A model generated the notes under the pieces. That model searched no databases. It saw only the letters and a program-made list of their open reading frames with translations, and was not told where the DNA came from. The translations under genes and the position numbers were made by a program. From the NCBI RefSeq assembly GCF_009914755.1, contig NC_060929.1: 64,000 bases of DNA; one strand, written 5' to 3'. Origin of the DNA: the human T2T-CHM13v2.0 reference genome, Homo sapiens. Positions within the stretch are counted from its first letter, which is position 1. Every line of letters begins with the position of its first letter. This document shows, piece by piece, positions 1 through 14,900 of this stretch.

Positions 1-3000
1 CTATTTTTCATTTCAGAGTTTCTCATTCCCTTAGGTGCAGTATGAACTTAAAAGCAACCTAGATTCTTCACAGGACTTTTAGAGTATATGATAGATCAAT
101 AATTTGTTGGTTTGTTTATGAAATATGCCAACTTACTAGGACAGAGTCATTTTTAAGAGGAAGCCAAGATCAATATATATGTGCATAGATTTATGGGTGT
201 TTTTGTTACAATCAGAATAAGTCTGTTTAAAGAACTCTAAACGGCAAGGCTGGCTGTTTTTACTGTGATCTATTGGCTCATGGGTGCCACTTTAATTCCA
301 GAGACTAAAAATATCACATCTGAGACTTTTATTCTGATAAACTCTCCTTGAATGTAACTAATTTTAACAGCCAGATTTTTAAATTGCAGACAAATAACAA
401 CCCAGCTGTAACTTCACAGCATAATCTCTAGAATTTGCTCCCTTTCTTAGGAGTACCAAATAATTGTTCCTGCCAATGGATTTTAGAGTTATAGCCTTCT
501 GAATTATTATACTGCATTTTTCCCTTTACAGAATTAAAGAAAGGAAACAGAATTAGGGACTTAACAATGTGTTATGGCTTAAATATCAAACCACACCTGT
601 GTTCCCACGTGACCCAGCTGTGATACCTTTCTTTGTGTAGCTGGCTGGATCTCAGCCATGCCACTCTGGATAATCTAGTTTGGGCAAAGACAGAAGACAC
701 AAGTAAATGTCCTCATTCAGTTTATTAATTTCAGTGATACTTTCATTCTTTTGGTTTACTGAGCATAACTAGCTGGCCTACCGACACTGTAGAATTAGCC
801 CAAAGACATGGGTTGGCTTCAGGTAGTCCAACTAAATAGAAGGGACGAGAAACATCGTGACATGGCAGCAACATCTTTATAAAGCTCCCATGGACATAAC
901 TTTAAGATGAGTTATGGGGCAGGTTAATATTCTCCAGCTACAGAGATGGGAGTGTGGTAGTTATCTCCATCTTACATTTCAGTTGTGAGCATTTTCATCA
1001 TACATTCCTCACTGTGCATCTCACTTTAATGGTGAATGTAATAAACTTCTCTCACCCTTCCCCATCCTCAACTGCATGTAGGTTTCTGACCAGAAAAGTA
1101 AACACAGTGTCATTTAACTTTTAAAGTGTTAATCACTAATTGAAGGATAAAGACTGTTGTCTTTAAGTCTTAAAACTATTAAAATGAATTAAAATTGTGC
1201 GTGCATATGGAGAAGATGGGATCAAGGTTATTTTAGCCACAATTTCTTATTTGACAAATAAGAAATTAAACTTATTTTTTTCTTTCCATTCATAGTACTT
1301 GATAAGAGAATGATTCCGATTAGATCACCCCTAGGTAAACAGATTTTCTTCCTTTTAGGGATATGTGAGGAAAGACATTTAGAGTCTCCTCTCCTTGGCT
1401 CTTGACCTGAGCTTCTATTGTGCCATTGAGTTGGAGGGTGAAATCTGGAATGGCATACTCAAACACCTGCACTGTTCTTCCAAAAACAACCAAGCTGAAA
1501 TGGTAAACTACTCATCTGGTATCTCTTAAGCTAAGGTACAAAGGTGCAACATCATCAGTGAACACATTCGGTTCCATATGTACCTAAACAAACAGTGTAT
1601 TTCCAGCTTCCTCCTAATCTGATCCCAACTCATCTATCCCTCTTCTGCATCTCTTCCTGCTTCCCACCTGCATGCCCTCCTCCCCTTAGCCTACCATGTC
1701 TCACTGCTCCTGATCATGTGTGTCACTGCTAAGTCCCTGGGACTTTGCCCAGGGTCTATCTCCCTAATTGCTGTCATTAACTTCAGTTCCAGCTTTTTTA
1801 AGGGCCTGTAACACAGATTTTAGTGCACACTATCATGAGCTATTACATGCCGCCTTGCACCGTTCATTAAATGCTTCATATTTTGATTCCTCCATCAGAT
1901 TTAAAGTCCTCCGATGGAAGAGAGGATTCGGTTGAGTCAATCATGTAGGATAGAACTGGTTGCTTTACTAAGAAATTTTGCCAGGTGCATCAGACACAAT
2001 GACTCTGAAGGTGAAAGGAAGATTACAGTAAAATAGTCACCCCAGGAACATCACAGAGACTTTGGAGAAGAGGAAGAGGAGAAGAATACGTAGGTGGCAA
2101 GGAAAGAAAGGAGAGATTAGGAATATTAGAAGAATGTAGAGAATGTCTTACAATGATTCATGGATATCTAACAGTCATGTTGGTACATATTTAGCAATAT
2201 ATAAAATTGTAATAACCATGTCAAATAAGCAAGGGTAGAATTGCATGCCATTACCATAATATTGACCCCTTGGGGAGTGCTTTGAGGGAAATGTTTACTA
2301 TCTTGGGTCTCTTTTTCTCATACCAAAGCTCAGCTCCACTGCAATTTCTAAGGAGAAACAAAATGAGAGTTAGAAGTCATAGTGTGGACTGTTTTCTGCT
2401 CCAGATCAAGCCTTGCTGTGGGGAACACGGATGGAGGTGAGTCCCAGGCTTTGTGCCATTCCACTCCCCACTCTGGATGTGCACTCATCCGGCTATCAGA
2501 GGCAGGAAGCAATGTCAGAGATGAGAGCCTCCATTCATGCTCCTTGGTCCTCTCCCAGGAAGGAAATCTCCTGGATGCTATCTAATTTCTCCAAGTCACA
2601 GTTTTCTTGTAGGTCACATAGGGATGATGAGAGCATCCAGCTCATCGAGACGCCGCAAATACTAAATGCATCAGGCCTGTATTGTAAGGCATCCATGCTA
2701 ATGCCTATGGGCCTTTGCTTGAAACAAATATAAAGGCAGTGTTGTTACATGGTGCTAAGGAATCGAGGCTGTCTTCAGAGAAATGGGCCATCGTGAAAAG
2801 GTCTCTAGTAGGGGAGGTGATGCAGAGATAGCAGATCCAGTGGTGCAGACTGGAGGATTTATCCCTGGACAGAAACAGAAGCCACCACAGCAATCACAGC
2901 CACAGCTTGCATTCACAGCTCTGCACTTGCCAGGCTCTTATAAGTGGTCAGTGTTTTCTGGATTACTTCATTTAATCTTCCAAATGAGGTTAAGTCCCAC

Positions 3001-4161
3001 TGTTCTGCCATTGAACTGATAAAACCACTATGCCAGGTCACCCAGAATTAGGAGAGCTTATATCTGAACCCCAGCATGCTGATCCTTGATCCACACTAAA
3101 CGGTTCTTTCTCTATTTTATATTATTTTAGATAACTGAAATGATGTCTAAGTGTTTGGGTGACAAAAGGACAGGATCCAGCCCCACAGAGTGAACCTCTG
3201 CAATTCAGCACTCTCAACAGATGTTTGCTCAGGTTCTAAGGTTGAAAAACAATGTCAAATGCAGGGCCTGTCCTTAGAACACACACAGGTCAGAAGCTGG
3301 GGAGCCCATCCTTCCATCTATTAAGAGGGCAAGAAATAATTGTCTGAGCACCTGCACAACCGCAGACAAATGCAGAGATGCCGCTTCCTCTTTGCCCTCA
3401 GCAGACAGGCTGGTAAATGTCTGCACCGCCCATGTACTTCCCCCTAATAACACCGGTTTTAGAAATAATGCTGAATTCAAATAAACTCATCATTTTGTTG
3501 ATGTTTATTTAAAATTGTATGTGGATAGCCAGTACAATGTGGACAGCTAGAAATGGATGTTTAGTAGATTAGCATGAATAAAATTCAATAGATTGTTTTC
3601 TTTTAATACATATCTTAGAAAAAGTCAATAAATTTCTTCAACATTCTTAAAGGCAGCTGTGGCTTTACTCTTTATCCCTAAGTCATATGTAAGAAATCAC
3701 TGTTTTTATCATATTTCAGTACAATATTCTGAAATTGGGGTTGGAGCTGGTGTCAAGGAGCTCCCCACTCTTTGGCTGGTAAGTTAGGGCATCAGTGACC
3801 AGGAGTGAAGGCTCCAGAGGTTGACACACCTCCCACCTGTGACTTCAGGCAGAAGACTACTTCTTGGCTATTTTTAGGCATTCCAAATAACAGCACTTGC
3901 CCATTTCACTGTCCACGTGGATACTATGCAAATAATGAAAATATTTCCACATGCATACATTGAGGTATGATCAATTGTGGGTGACTATAAAGTAGTAATA
4001 AAATCATCTTTTAAAATAACTGAAATGGCAATTGACCATTAAGCCTGTTATTCATACCAGCAACATTTCAATGATTCGGAAATAAGGAAAACGGGTAAAG
4101 TGTTTATATTTTGCAGTTCCACACTACTTGTATCTTTTAGAACAACAGCAATACACACTCT

Positions 4162-4232
4162 CTCAATATAAACACACACATGCATACACATACACACACA
4201 CCCCTATATGTGCATATATAGATGTGTCTGTA
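4162..4232. repeat. (CA/TA)n low-complexity microsatellite
   Basis: Imperfect acacac/atatat/gtgt dinucleotide runs. Confidence 0.6.
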
Positions 4233-5109
4233 TGAACGCAACGATGAAAATATACTTTTAACATTTTATACAAATTCTCTAATTTTGAGAATATTTGGCA
4301 TACCAAGAAAGAAGCCAGTTGGAATATTTTGTCTCTTAAGGCTGGCGGGAGAGAGGAAAAGAGAAGGGGAAAAGGACAATACAGTTGTAGGGTCCAGGTC
4401 CAGGCCCAGTATGAGCTTGGAGATGCCACAACGATGGAGAAGTGCAGGACAAAGCATTAGAAATAGACACAAAGGGGCTGCTCACCTGTTTCAGGACAAT
4501 AGGGAGATCACCCTGGCGCCACGGGCATGTTCATAACTGCCAAATTAGACAGCAGACCATCCATTAATGATGCAGAAGAATGATCACTGTAGGGACAGGG
4601 GTCACTGAAGCGAAGCACCAGCACCAGGAACATCCCTGCATTCGCATGTGCCTTATGCCGAATTCGTATTACTGAGCAATGTCTAGAATTCCCATGGGTT
4701 CATGTAAAAGTCAAAAGTTTGAAAACCTATTATTCATAGTGACACCCTTTTAAAGCATTCTCTAGGAAGTCACTATGAGCTTTTTGTAATTCAAATTCTT
4801 CAGAAGTATATAGAGTCCTCTCCTCTTTAGACTCTAGCCAAGGGCTCTATAATATAAACTTAAGAGCACTTCCTATTTGTATTAAAACAACAACAACAAG
4901 AACAGAGAGCTGTCTGGCTCCCATTTAGAAAGTGTCTCTTAGCTGTTGACGCGTCATGAAGCACAATGATGGCTCTGAGGAGGGTGCAAGTGATTTTAGA
5001 TTAAATGACCCTAAGACGTGACTTGTAAAGATGACAAATGCTCAAAGACAAGTGGTATGGGGGAGAGGGTGAATCCTAAAAAAGAGACAAGCCTCGTTTA
5101 CACTTTATT

Positions 5110-5540
5110 CATAAATTTTATTTTAGAACACTTTTAGGTTTACAGAAAAGTTATGTAGTACAGAGAGTTCCTATATACCCCACACCCAGTTTGCCTATTA
5201 TTAACAGTTTATATAAGCATAGTACATTTGCTAAAAGCAATGGAGCAGTATTGGTACATTATATTACCTAACATCCTATTTCTGTTCCAGCGTGCCATTC
5301 AAGATACCCCATTACATTTACTCATGTCTCCTTAAGCTCCTTTTGAGTTTGAAAGCTCAAGACGTTCCCTGTCTTTAATGACCTTGGCAGTTTTGAGGGG
5401 CATTGGTTAGGCGTTTTATACAGCGTTCTTCAACTGGGGCCTGTCTGGTGTTTTTCTCATGATTAGGCTTTGATGATGTGTTTTTAGGAAGAAGGGCACA
5501 GAGGTTAAGTGTCATTTTCCTCACAACATAGCAAGTGTAT
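5110..5540 (-). mobile_element. L1MC-type LINE-1 3' end fragment
   Basis: ttttaggtttacagaaaagtt...gtacagagagttcctatataccccacacccagttt resembles the reverse-complemented L1MC 3' UTR. Confidence 0.7.
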
Positions 5541-6007
5541 TGCAGTGTGCTAAGTCAAAATAAATACCCAAAAACACATTTTCAACTCCTAGTTCCCAGA
5601 ACCTATAAATGTGACTGTACTTGAACTAGGTTATTTGCAGGTTTAACTGCATTAGAGATCTTGAGATGAGATCATCCTGGATTTAGAGTAGACCCGAAAC
5701 CCAAGGACTTGTGTCCTTGTAAGAGAAAGTTGATGGAGATTTGAACACAGAAACACAGTGAGGATAAGGCCATGGGAAGATGGAGAAATAGGCTGGAGCG
5801 ATGCAGCCCCAAACCAAGGAAGCCCAGGGCACCAAAAGCTGGAAGAGGCAAGGAAGGGCCCTGCCATGGAGCCTTCAGGGGCAGTGTGGCCCAGCTGACA
5901 CCTTCGTTCCAGACCTTTGGCCTCTGAACTATGAGAGAATAAATTTCCTTTGTTTTAAGCAACCCAATTTAAGGTAATTTGTTACACTAGCCCTTGGAGA
6001 TGGAACA
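5541..6007 (+). mobile_element. MLT1 (MLT1B/C-like) MaLR solo LTR inserted into the L1MC
   Basis: gagatgagatcatcctggatttag, agctggaagaggcaaggaag, gagagaataaatttcctttgttttaagc are typical MLT1 motifs. Confidence 0.8.
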
Positions 6008-6670
6008 GGTATTTACTATCCACATGACTTCACCACTGATGTGAACTTTGATCACCTAGGGGAGGTGGGATTGTCAGATCTCTCCACTGTTATTCTGTGA
6101 CTATTGCATGGTCACAATGATACGCAGTAATTAACTTTACTATGCGTGGTCACAGTCCACACTCAAGTAATGAGAACTATGTGCCACCTCCTTGTAGATA
6201 CATTAGATACATACAAGTTTGGAATCCTTGTGGAATTCTTCTTTATGGGAAACCTGTCTCCTCTTCACCTTATTTACTTATTTAATCACTTATTTATGAT
6301 AGTATAGACTCATGGATATTTATGTTTTGCATTTTAATCCAATACTATAATTATTCTTTTTGTTAGTAACTTGTGCCAGATTTGGTCATTGGGAATTCCA
6401 TCAGTTGATTCTTGCATTGCTTTGAAATAATGTCATCACTGCAGGTTTTGTTTTGTTTTGTTGTTGTTGGTTTTTTTTTTTTTTTTGTATTTGCCTTGTA
6501 TTTTTTTGTTTTGTGAATACTTTCTGAATTTCTGGCAAATGGTGCTCCAGGCTCAACTTGCGAGTTTTCTGCTTCTGAACTGGAACCAGTCATTTCTCCA
6601 GGAGCCCTCCTTCCCTTTCTTGGAGAACACCATCAGATGTAAAGAGCTGGATGCTGGCTGGGCTCTTGCT
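6008..6670 (-). mobile_element. L1MC fragment continuing after the MLT1
   Basis: gatgtgaactttgatcacct, agtatagactcatggatattta, gtgccagatttggtcattggga. Confidence 0.65.
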
Positions 6671-6689
6671 AGTGGGTTGGGTTTGCTTT

Positions 6690-6790
6690 TTGATTTGCTA
6701 TTTACTACCTGTTTGTCCTTGAATATGCTACTTAAACTCTCTGTTTCATTTTATCTAACTTTTAATGAGGGTTATAAAACACCAAAAATA
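6690..6790 (+). mobile_element. MIR fragment
   Basis: tgtccttgaatatgctacttaaactctctgtttcattttatctaac resembles the MIR core. Confidence 0.45.
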
Positions 6791-7899
6791 ATTCCTAACC
6801 AATCTTGATTTAATGAACTATCAAAATTAACACCTATTTTCCATTTGTCCTTTAAACCATCTGACTAGTGACCACACAAAGGAAAGATCTGATTAAGTGA
6901 AGTCACTTAAAAATCCTAGAAAATGAGGTATTTGAGCCACTCACAGGGAGAAAGCAAAGTGTAAAAACTGGAAGTGTTCAACATTCAAATTACTTTGCAT
7001 ACTATCTGTAGGATTTCACCATCTTACTGGAAGCACAAGCACAAGCACAGAAATTGTGAACTGAACCTTTTGTGTACATTTTTTCAAGGAGAACTTGGAA
7101 ATTAAAACAGCAACAGACCCATATTCAAACAAGTTGATTCTGCCCTTTTCGAAAGATTGATAAATAAATGGACACACCTTATTTAACTGGTGAGTCACGA
7201 GGGGCTTCAGCCAGTGGCTGATTACCAGCAGGCCCAGAATATTTTTGTGTTTTAATAGCTCCCATGCTGCCTTGGTGTGTACTGGCTAACTGTACCCCCA
7301 GCATGGGAGTCTGAGGTTAACAATTTCATGCCATAACTGACTCTTCAGTAACCAACTGGTTAACCTGCCAAGAGGGCTTTACCACTATGATCTCCTGAGG
7401 CTGGTGTAGGACAACTACTGGCAGGCAGAGCCTTCCACGTTCTGGTCTGTGAAACCATCACTACCATTGTCTCCTCCTCGTCAGCATTAGCCTTGACTGC
7501 AGGATGACTTAACTCTGTTCAACCAGAGATGTTCTTTGGCAAAGTTTTTGGCTGCATTCTAAGTGTGTCTGTAAATTGAAAGTGCAGAGATTTTGGTGAG
7601 ACATTATGAAGATCAGCACCGCCAGTGCAATCCCTAATCTCCTTATGTCTAATCTTCTCATCTATATAAAGGGAAGTATAACTCTTAATGTATATGGCAA
7701 AAATTAAAACTTAAGAATTCAATGCTATGAGATGTTTGTAAGGAGCACTCAATAAATGTATCTATTGCCAGCTGCATTTTATATAGACAAAGATGTAAAG
7801 AGTGGGCAAGGCAGGCAGGCAGAGAGAAGATTGAGAGGCAGCATGGGGGCATTTCAGACAGAAGGATGCCTATGGCGCTGTGGGAGTAAAAGGAAAACA

Positions 7900-8100
7900 T
7901 TATATAATTAAGTACTTTCCATCTGCCAGGAATTGCTCTAAATGCTTTCCAGGTGGTTCTCACTTGCTCCTTGCTCCTCAGCTAGCTTATTAAAGCCTTC
8001 TCACTTCACTGGAAGAAAACTGGGACACAGGGCGGGCTGCCCCTTATCCAGAGTCCATCACTTCTCCAGTCCAGATCCTGGCTCCAGGCCCACTTTGAGT
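7900..8100 (-). mobile_element. MIR fragment
   Basis: tgccaggaattgctctaaatgcttt ... gaagaaaactgggacacag resembles the MIR reverse strand. Confidence 0.4.
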
Positions 8101-8559
8101 GCTGCTGGCTTGTCCCGGAGGACTGTGTATGAAAACAGGAGCTCCTGGAAGCACAGTCTTTGTTCGGAGAGCAGTTAGTTAATCAAAGGATGAGGGAAGG
8201 ATAATTGGAGAGACAGCACGACTACTGCAAAGGTTTGGTGCCCCACATGGCCAGGGACTCTCCAGCAGGGGTGGCTGCCTTTGAGGGCTCTTTTGGGAAG
8301 GGATGGGTGTGTACCTGGAAGACACATACAGTGGTTGGTTATTAAACGTTAACGAATCCGTGCACATTTTATCAAATGTCTTCTTTTCTGGTGAAAATAA
8401 TATATGGTTCTCCTGAACTCTCAGGGGAGTGGAAGGAAAAGGGCCAGTTGGCACACAATGGAGCATACATGTCTTTTATTCTAAAAACTATTAAGAGACC
8501 TGAAAATATGAGCAATATAGATAGTAAGGAGGCAAGAAAAAAAAGGATGTCTATTAGAC

Positions 8560-8927
8560 CAGGAGTCCCCAACCCCTGGGTCATGGACTGGTACTGGTCC
8601 ATGGCCTGTTAGGAACTGGGCCACACAGCAGGGGGTGAGCGAACAAAGCTTCATCTGTATTTACAGCTGCTTCCCATCACTCGCATTACTGCCTGAGTTC
8701 CACCTCCCGTCAGATCGGCAGTGGCATCAGATTCTCATGGTTCTTCGTAGTTCTGTTGTGAACTGCGCAGGTGAGTGATTTAGGTTGTGCGCTCCTTATG
8801 AGAGTCGAATGCCTGGTGATCTGAGGTGAACGGCTTCATCTTGAAACCGTCCCCCTTACCACCCCGTCCATGGAAACATTGTCTTCCATAAAACAATACA
8901 CAGGTGCCAAAAAGTCGGCAACCATTG
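8560..8927 (+). mobile_element. MER1 (MER1A/B; hAT-Charlie) non-autonomous DNA transposon
   Basis: caggagtccccaacccctggg...ggcctgttaggaactgggccacacagcagg...ggtgccaaaaagtcggcaaccattg; degenerate terminal inverted repeats. Confidence 0.85.
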
Positions 8928-8941
8928 TATGTCAATAGCAA

Positions 8942-9540
8942 GTATATTAGTTTGCTAGAACTGTGGCAACATCATACAACAAACTGGATGGTTTAAACAA
9001 CAAAAATTTGTTAGGCGTGGTGAGATGCCTACAGTTTCAGCTATTTCAGAGGTTAAAGCTTGAGCCCAGGAGTTTGAGTCTAGCCTGGGCAACAGAGTGA
9101 GACCCCTGTCTCCAAAAAAAAAAAAAAAATCACAAACAACAGAAATTTATTCCTGATAGCTTTGGAGGCCAGAAGTCCAAGATCTGGGAGTTGGCAGGGC
9201 TAATTCTTTCTGAGACTGGAACGGAGATGCTGTTCCAGGCTTCTCTCATAGCTTCTGTGGTTTCATGGCAATATTCAGCATTCTTGGACTTTGAGAAGCT
9301 TCATCCCAGTCTCCACCTTCAACTGCATATGGTGTGCTCTCCATGTTCATATCTGTCTCCAAGTTTTCTCTTTTGTAAGGACATCAGTCATGTTGATTAG
9401 AACCCACCTTAATGAGGTCATTTTAAGTAGATTACCCCTTTAAGGACCCAGCCTCCAAAGATCAGGCTTGGAGGTGCTAACTGCTAGGACTTCAAGATAA
9501 ATTTGGGGCAGGTTGGATGGACACAATTAAACTCATGACA
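8942..9540 (-). mobile_element. MLT1 (MLT1B/C-like) solo LTR interrupted by an Alu monomer
   Basis: tattagtttgctag...aaacaacagaaatttatt...ggaggccagaagtccaagatc...taaggacatcagtcatgttgattag. Confidence 0.75.
9010..9129 (+). mobile_element. FLAM-like Alu monomer with 15-bp TSD
   Basis: cttgagcccaggagtttgagtctagcctgggcaacagagtgagacccc plus polyA; flanked by aaacaacaaaaattt (8995-9009) and aaacaacagaaattt (9134-9148). Confidence 0.8.
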
Positions 9541-11469
9541 GTGAGAGTAGTTAAAACCAGGTACTAAGTATAAATTGTAACAGTAGGATAGTCCTTCATG
9601 TTTATTTAAAACGTGAAAATTATTTACAAAAAATTCTCACGTGAGTAGTTTCAACTTTAGTTACACATTTTTAAATGTTATTTATCTCTTAAAGGCTGTT
9701 ATAAAATCATCCAAACATCTTTATTTTATATTAATCAAAGAATAACAGCACTTAAATTTGCCATCACTCAGAATGTGCTACAGCATTTTGGAATTGTTTG
9801 CATAGTCTTTTTAATCATGAGAATTGAATATGTTTTTGGTGTGACATTGTTAATGTACACAAAAAATAAAGTGGTATCTAAAATGCATTTTACTTTAGTT
9901 GGAAGTTGAAGGAATAAGATTTATTCTTATGTCTAATTTTTCACAGCTCTTCACAATAAGGTTCTAAGTTAAATCATGTTTATTTTAGATAACTTAAAAT
10001 CATCATTTTTGTTTAACACATTCATGAGAAGCAAAGGTCTATTTTATAGGTCAGAAGAACAAAGGAACATTGTAAAAATAAACTTTTAAAAATGGATTTA
10101 TTTCTCCCCCAAAGAGAAACTATTCTAAATTCACCATTGGGTGTCATTCAGAGCAACTGTTCCCAAATTGTTCTGGGATGTGTGTGTGTCCCTGAGGTCC
10201 CTCCAGGTGACCCGCAGGCTAATCTCATGTAGTATTGATGCTTCTAATATGAAAATGTCTATATTTTAGTTTCCGGAATGGATGGTTTATGAATAATGTA
10301 TAATATTTAATAAAATCAGACATTGCCTCATTAATGTCTCATCAAAAGTAGAATGGATCTTTCCCTTATATCTGGCATTTTTGGGTCATGTACTAGATAC
10401 AAGTGGGTAGGTAGATATATATTATTTTGCCCTACTAAACACAGTTATATTCCAGAGAATCTAAGAATTAATTTTTAGAAGTTTTAATCACTAACCAGAT
10501 TTAACTTAAAATAAAAATTACATGCAGTTATTAATTTATTTACTTTGCAGTGAGTATTTTTGTTTGCTTGAAAATGGTTATGAGAAAAGTGAAGTCCAGA
10601 GACACAAAAGGATTTCTCTGAAGAGCACACAGTACATTAGGATGAAGGTTCCAGGGTTGCTGCTTAATACACATTTTTAAAATTGAACTGTTTGAGGATA
10701 ATCACAATATTTGTATTGAGGATGCTGATTATTTGGTATGAAAAAAATTATACTGGGCAAAAAACTCCATTGCCCTGTGACACTGAGGTATCGGTCTACA
10801 CGCAGATCTCAGATTACCTAAGAAATGAGTGATTCCCATTAGTTACTCAGTATGTTATCTGGTCAATTATTTCCTTTCCCAACAATTACAACTGCTACAG
10901 TGAATTCATAACTGCTCTAAGTGATGAGAGTAAATAATTGGTTTTATCTAATCTTGGCACTGTATTCCTGCAGAACCTGCATCAATCTTAATATTTTGTC
11001 ACTGACTTTTAAAAATCATGCTCACTTAGCCTTTTCCCAAGCTGGCATATATATCATTTTCCATCTAAATATGTCTTGCATTTTACATGAAAACTTATAT
11101 GCTTTTAGTCATTTTTAACTTTCCTTCTCTTTCTTTTTTCCTCTCTGCTGTAGGACATGGTGGGGATGGAGTCGGAAGGAAGGAAGCAGATTGATGGGGC
11201 TGGGCATTGGTGTGACAAAGGGTAGGTGAGTGGGCGTCTTTGATCTCTGGACTGGAGCCAGCGGAGGCTGAAGAAACACTCCTTAAGGAATTATTTCTCC
11301 TGGAATTGGAAATCACAGCTTTCCTGAATCAAATTAGTTGACTCTGAATTCTAGTATCTGAAGTCTGCGTGTTTGAAAAGTAACTTCTAGAGGCTGCCAG
11401 GACCCCTGATACCTTTATAATCTCAAGTCATTTACAGTCTTCCCTGAGAAAATTTGTCAAATGCAATGA

Positions 11470-11970
11470 ATCATTCAGGAAAATGCTATGCCCTCCCATT
11501 CCCCACCATTACCTTCTGGGTAAAACCCCAGATCCTAAACATGACCTGCAACTGCCTTTCACGATGTGATCCTGGCAACCTCTGTAAGACAACCCCACTT
11601 CACTCCCCAACCCACAACTGGCACTTCCTGTGGGGAAAGTTTCCAACATGTGCTGGTCCTTCCATCAATCCCTGCCTTGCCTATGTCACCTCCTCTGTGC
11701 TCAACATTGAGGCCAGTGCATTACTCTTTTAACCCTAGGATAACAGCTCACACATCATCTATGGGGTTTCCCCATGATGGCCTAGGTTGAACCTTTTCCC
11801 ACCTGGTACTCATCACAGGACCATATAATTGCCTGGTGGTTTGTCACATTCGCTGGAGATTTCCTAGAGGTCAAATAATGAACTATCAATTTTATCTAAA
11901 TTTCTGTGACTTAGAAGGTACACAGTATGTGGTAGATGCTCTGGCAAAGGTCTAACGACTGACTGACTAC
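11470..11970 (+). mobile_element. L2 3' fragment
   Basis: aaaaccccagatcctaaacatgacctgc...tgatcctggc; ends with an L2-like tail cacagtatgtggtagatgctc...gactgactgac. Confidence 0.5.
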
Positions 11971-14900
11971 AGGAAGCTTTTAGGGAGGCAGAAAATGGGA
12001 CAGTTGACATAGATTAGGCAAAGAGGGTGAAAGGATGCCCTGCTAGGGAGCTGCTTCCTTCTGCAAAGATGGATTTTCTGCACGTGGTGCTACAAAGAAA
12101 ACACATGCTACATTACTCACTTTCAGGAAACTTGGTCTATAAAGGACATTATGGACTTTATCCTAATCATAGGATCTTGGAGATACTGATACTTAAATTT
12201 ACTTAGTTTTAAAAATCAGGATATTAGCATTATTTCATTTTTTACTAGGAAATTGTTCTGGTAACAAAGCAGAGAAAGAAATGGACTGGGAATTGGGGTG
12301 AGTAACTATGGCTAAAGAGAGTGGGAAAAGTTATAAATTGGTTTCAGTCATCCTGGCAAGTGATAACTAACAAGATAGTAGTAGATGGAGAGGAAAATAC
12401 ATTAGCCAACAAAAGTTCTTAACATTTTCATGAAAAAGTCCCAATGAAGCCCCTTATCACATGCAATAGGGACACCATTTTTGCAAATGCTCTTTGATTT
12501 TATAATGAACATTGCAAGGGATGCCACTTAGCTGGATGGCATTGATCCCCTTAATGAAGGTGTACCTATCCCAGAGTTATTTTTGACTCTCTCCTAATTT
12601 GCTGATTCTCTCCTCTCCTACTCCAGTTTCTTTCTGGCTTTCTCTCCCATTGCATTTTTTTCCCCACCAAATTCTATTTGTGAATCAATTTGTCCCTAAG
12701 AATAGGGCAGCCCTCGCAAAAATGTATCCAGTACACAAAAAATGGAGAGTACAAGCAAGTAAATCAAAAGTGATCCAATTAGTGATTTTTTTTTTCTAGC
12801 ACAGGAATACTGAGTCTTCATTTATACTTGGAAAAAATATAGAGCACTAAAACAAAAAAGTTCGTGATACTTTTTAAAGAAAAGTGCATATGCATTTAAG
12901 AAGTTATGTTTTTTTAATCAGCTGACAGACAGATGCCAGACAGCAGGTGTTCCCTGAGGAAAATGGTTATGTATTTATGGCAGGCTTAACACCGAAGATT
13001 CTGAAATCTTTTCAACTGTAACCAAATCCATTAAGCAGAGCAAAAGTGACATCACCAAAACAAGGAAACCGTCCTTACTATCCTGGAGGGGATCAAAATA
13101 AGAGGGGCTGGATGGATCCTGTTTTATGGGCCCCTCTTCTTGGACTCCAGATCACTAAAAAGACCCCTCAGTTATGAAGAGCAAGAGGCTCTCTGCCCCT
13201 CTCCTCTACAGTGGGGATTTTCCCCAGGATTATTGGTTGTTTATCTTTTAACAACAATACAGAGCTTTCAAGAGCTGAAGCAACAAAGTCTCCTGCTTTT
13301 CATTTCCCTTGCAACATCTCAGCGAGATTATTCCAACCACCTCCTCTGCTGGCAACCTACCTAGAGATCCACCACACTCCCATGCATCCTCCACACACAG
13401 TCTGTGCTGGGCGGTTCAGCTGGGTGAAGATGTTTAATGTCTTTCCTAAACTGGCCCTAGACATTGGTGGATTAAATGATTATAGAGAACACATCAGTAA
13501 ATCTCACAAGGCAGAAAAAGACATCTGCTCATTGATTGACTCAAATCATCTATGAGTTAAAGCAGAATACAGTTTGAAACAAAACCCTTCCAGTAACACA
13601 TTCCATGGAACGGGTGAGTCAGGGTTTTAGATACCCATGGCCACTGTGCTGTGATTGCCAAACCAGGATAAAATGGGACTGTGCTCAGCTTGCTACTCAG
13701 CACAAGTTTTTGCAGATCAATGGGCACATTTTTGATTTAACACAGCTATTTACATGACATATAAAAAGGTTCCATTGAAACAGGTAGTACCCAGCACAGT
13801 AGAAATCATTATTGATTTATTGTCTTCGCTGTGTCATTAGGATGGTTAAGCCTTTGAAGTGTGATGATGAGGAAAGCAGGGGCTCGATATTTCATGCAGA
13901 GAATCCAAAGAAAAATTAAACAATCATGACATGGTGCTGGAGAATATGTTTACAAAGTAATAAAAGAGTGCACATATCTAGGTGCTCCGTTTTGTTGTTG
14001 CAGTATCTGGATAGAATACGAGAATTGTATAATTGTGGTGAATACTCGTCCACCAAAGCTGACTTCATTTATCATTTCTCTTACTTAAAGAAAAAAAAAA
14101 CAAAGTGAGTAAATTTTGGCATAAGTAAAAAGCAGAGGCAAAATATCTGTTAAGCTCTATGACTTGATTGCAAAAAGTAGAGATTAAGGTTATAAAATAA
14201 TTAAAATGAAAATCACGATTTTGGTCATGGATTTGGTGTTAATTCCAGATTTTCCTATTCACACGTTCAGCAAGGAAATTTCTCATGAGTGAAGAAAGTT
14301 GTGTGATGAATATTCAATTCCTTGTTTTATGTGCATCATTCTTTTTTAAACTTTATTTTATTTTGTTTTGCCGTGTCCCTAGCAACATTAGAGCTACATG
14401 CAGCTACAGAAATACTAAATAGCTAAAGACCAGAGACATTTGTTCGGAGGTAAAAGCAGTTGATGCTGAAGTTTTTGTGAAACAAAAAGAGATCTTCACA
14501 AAACAACGCTGGAGAAGAGAGAAATGAGATTAAGTTTAGGGTATGAGATTTACGTCCGGGATATAGTTAAGGTTAATAACAAGAAGGAAGCCATTTGGGA
14601 TTTCAGGACAGCTGTGGTGAGTATGGAATAGGAAAGGGTGCTCTAGAGGGCTGCTAAAGGGAGTGAAATCCACTCACAGAGGCGGAGGAATCCCCGAGGA
14701 CTAGGTTACACACAACAACCAGTCCCAGGATGAAAACATTTGGTTTCCACATTGGTAACCACAGAAACACTATTTTTTAGCATGAAGAATACCCTGTTAT
14801 AGGAACTCTACTACATTAAGGCTATGATGAATTTAAAGACAAAATCATAATAGTTTCTGAATGAATTTTAGTTAAATATGACTTTTAAAACATAAGCAAC

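Noticed and set aside
2382-3019. Overlapping ORFs and an acceptor-like tttcttgtag at ~2611 as a coding exon
   Set aside because: No recognisable protein similarity on either strand and no convincing matching donor.
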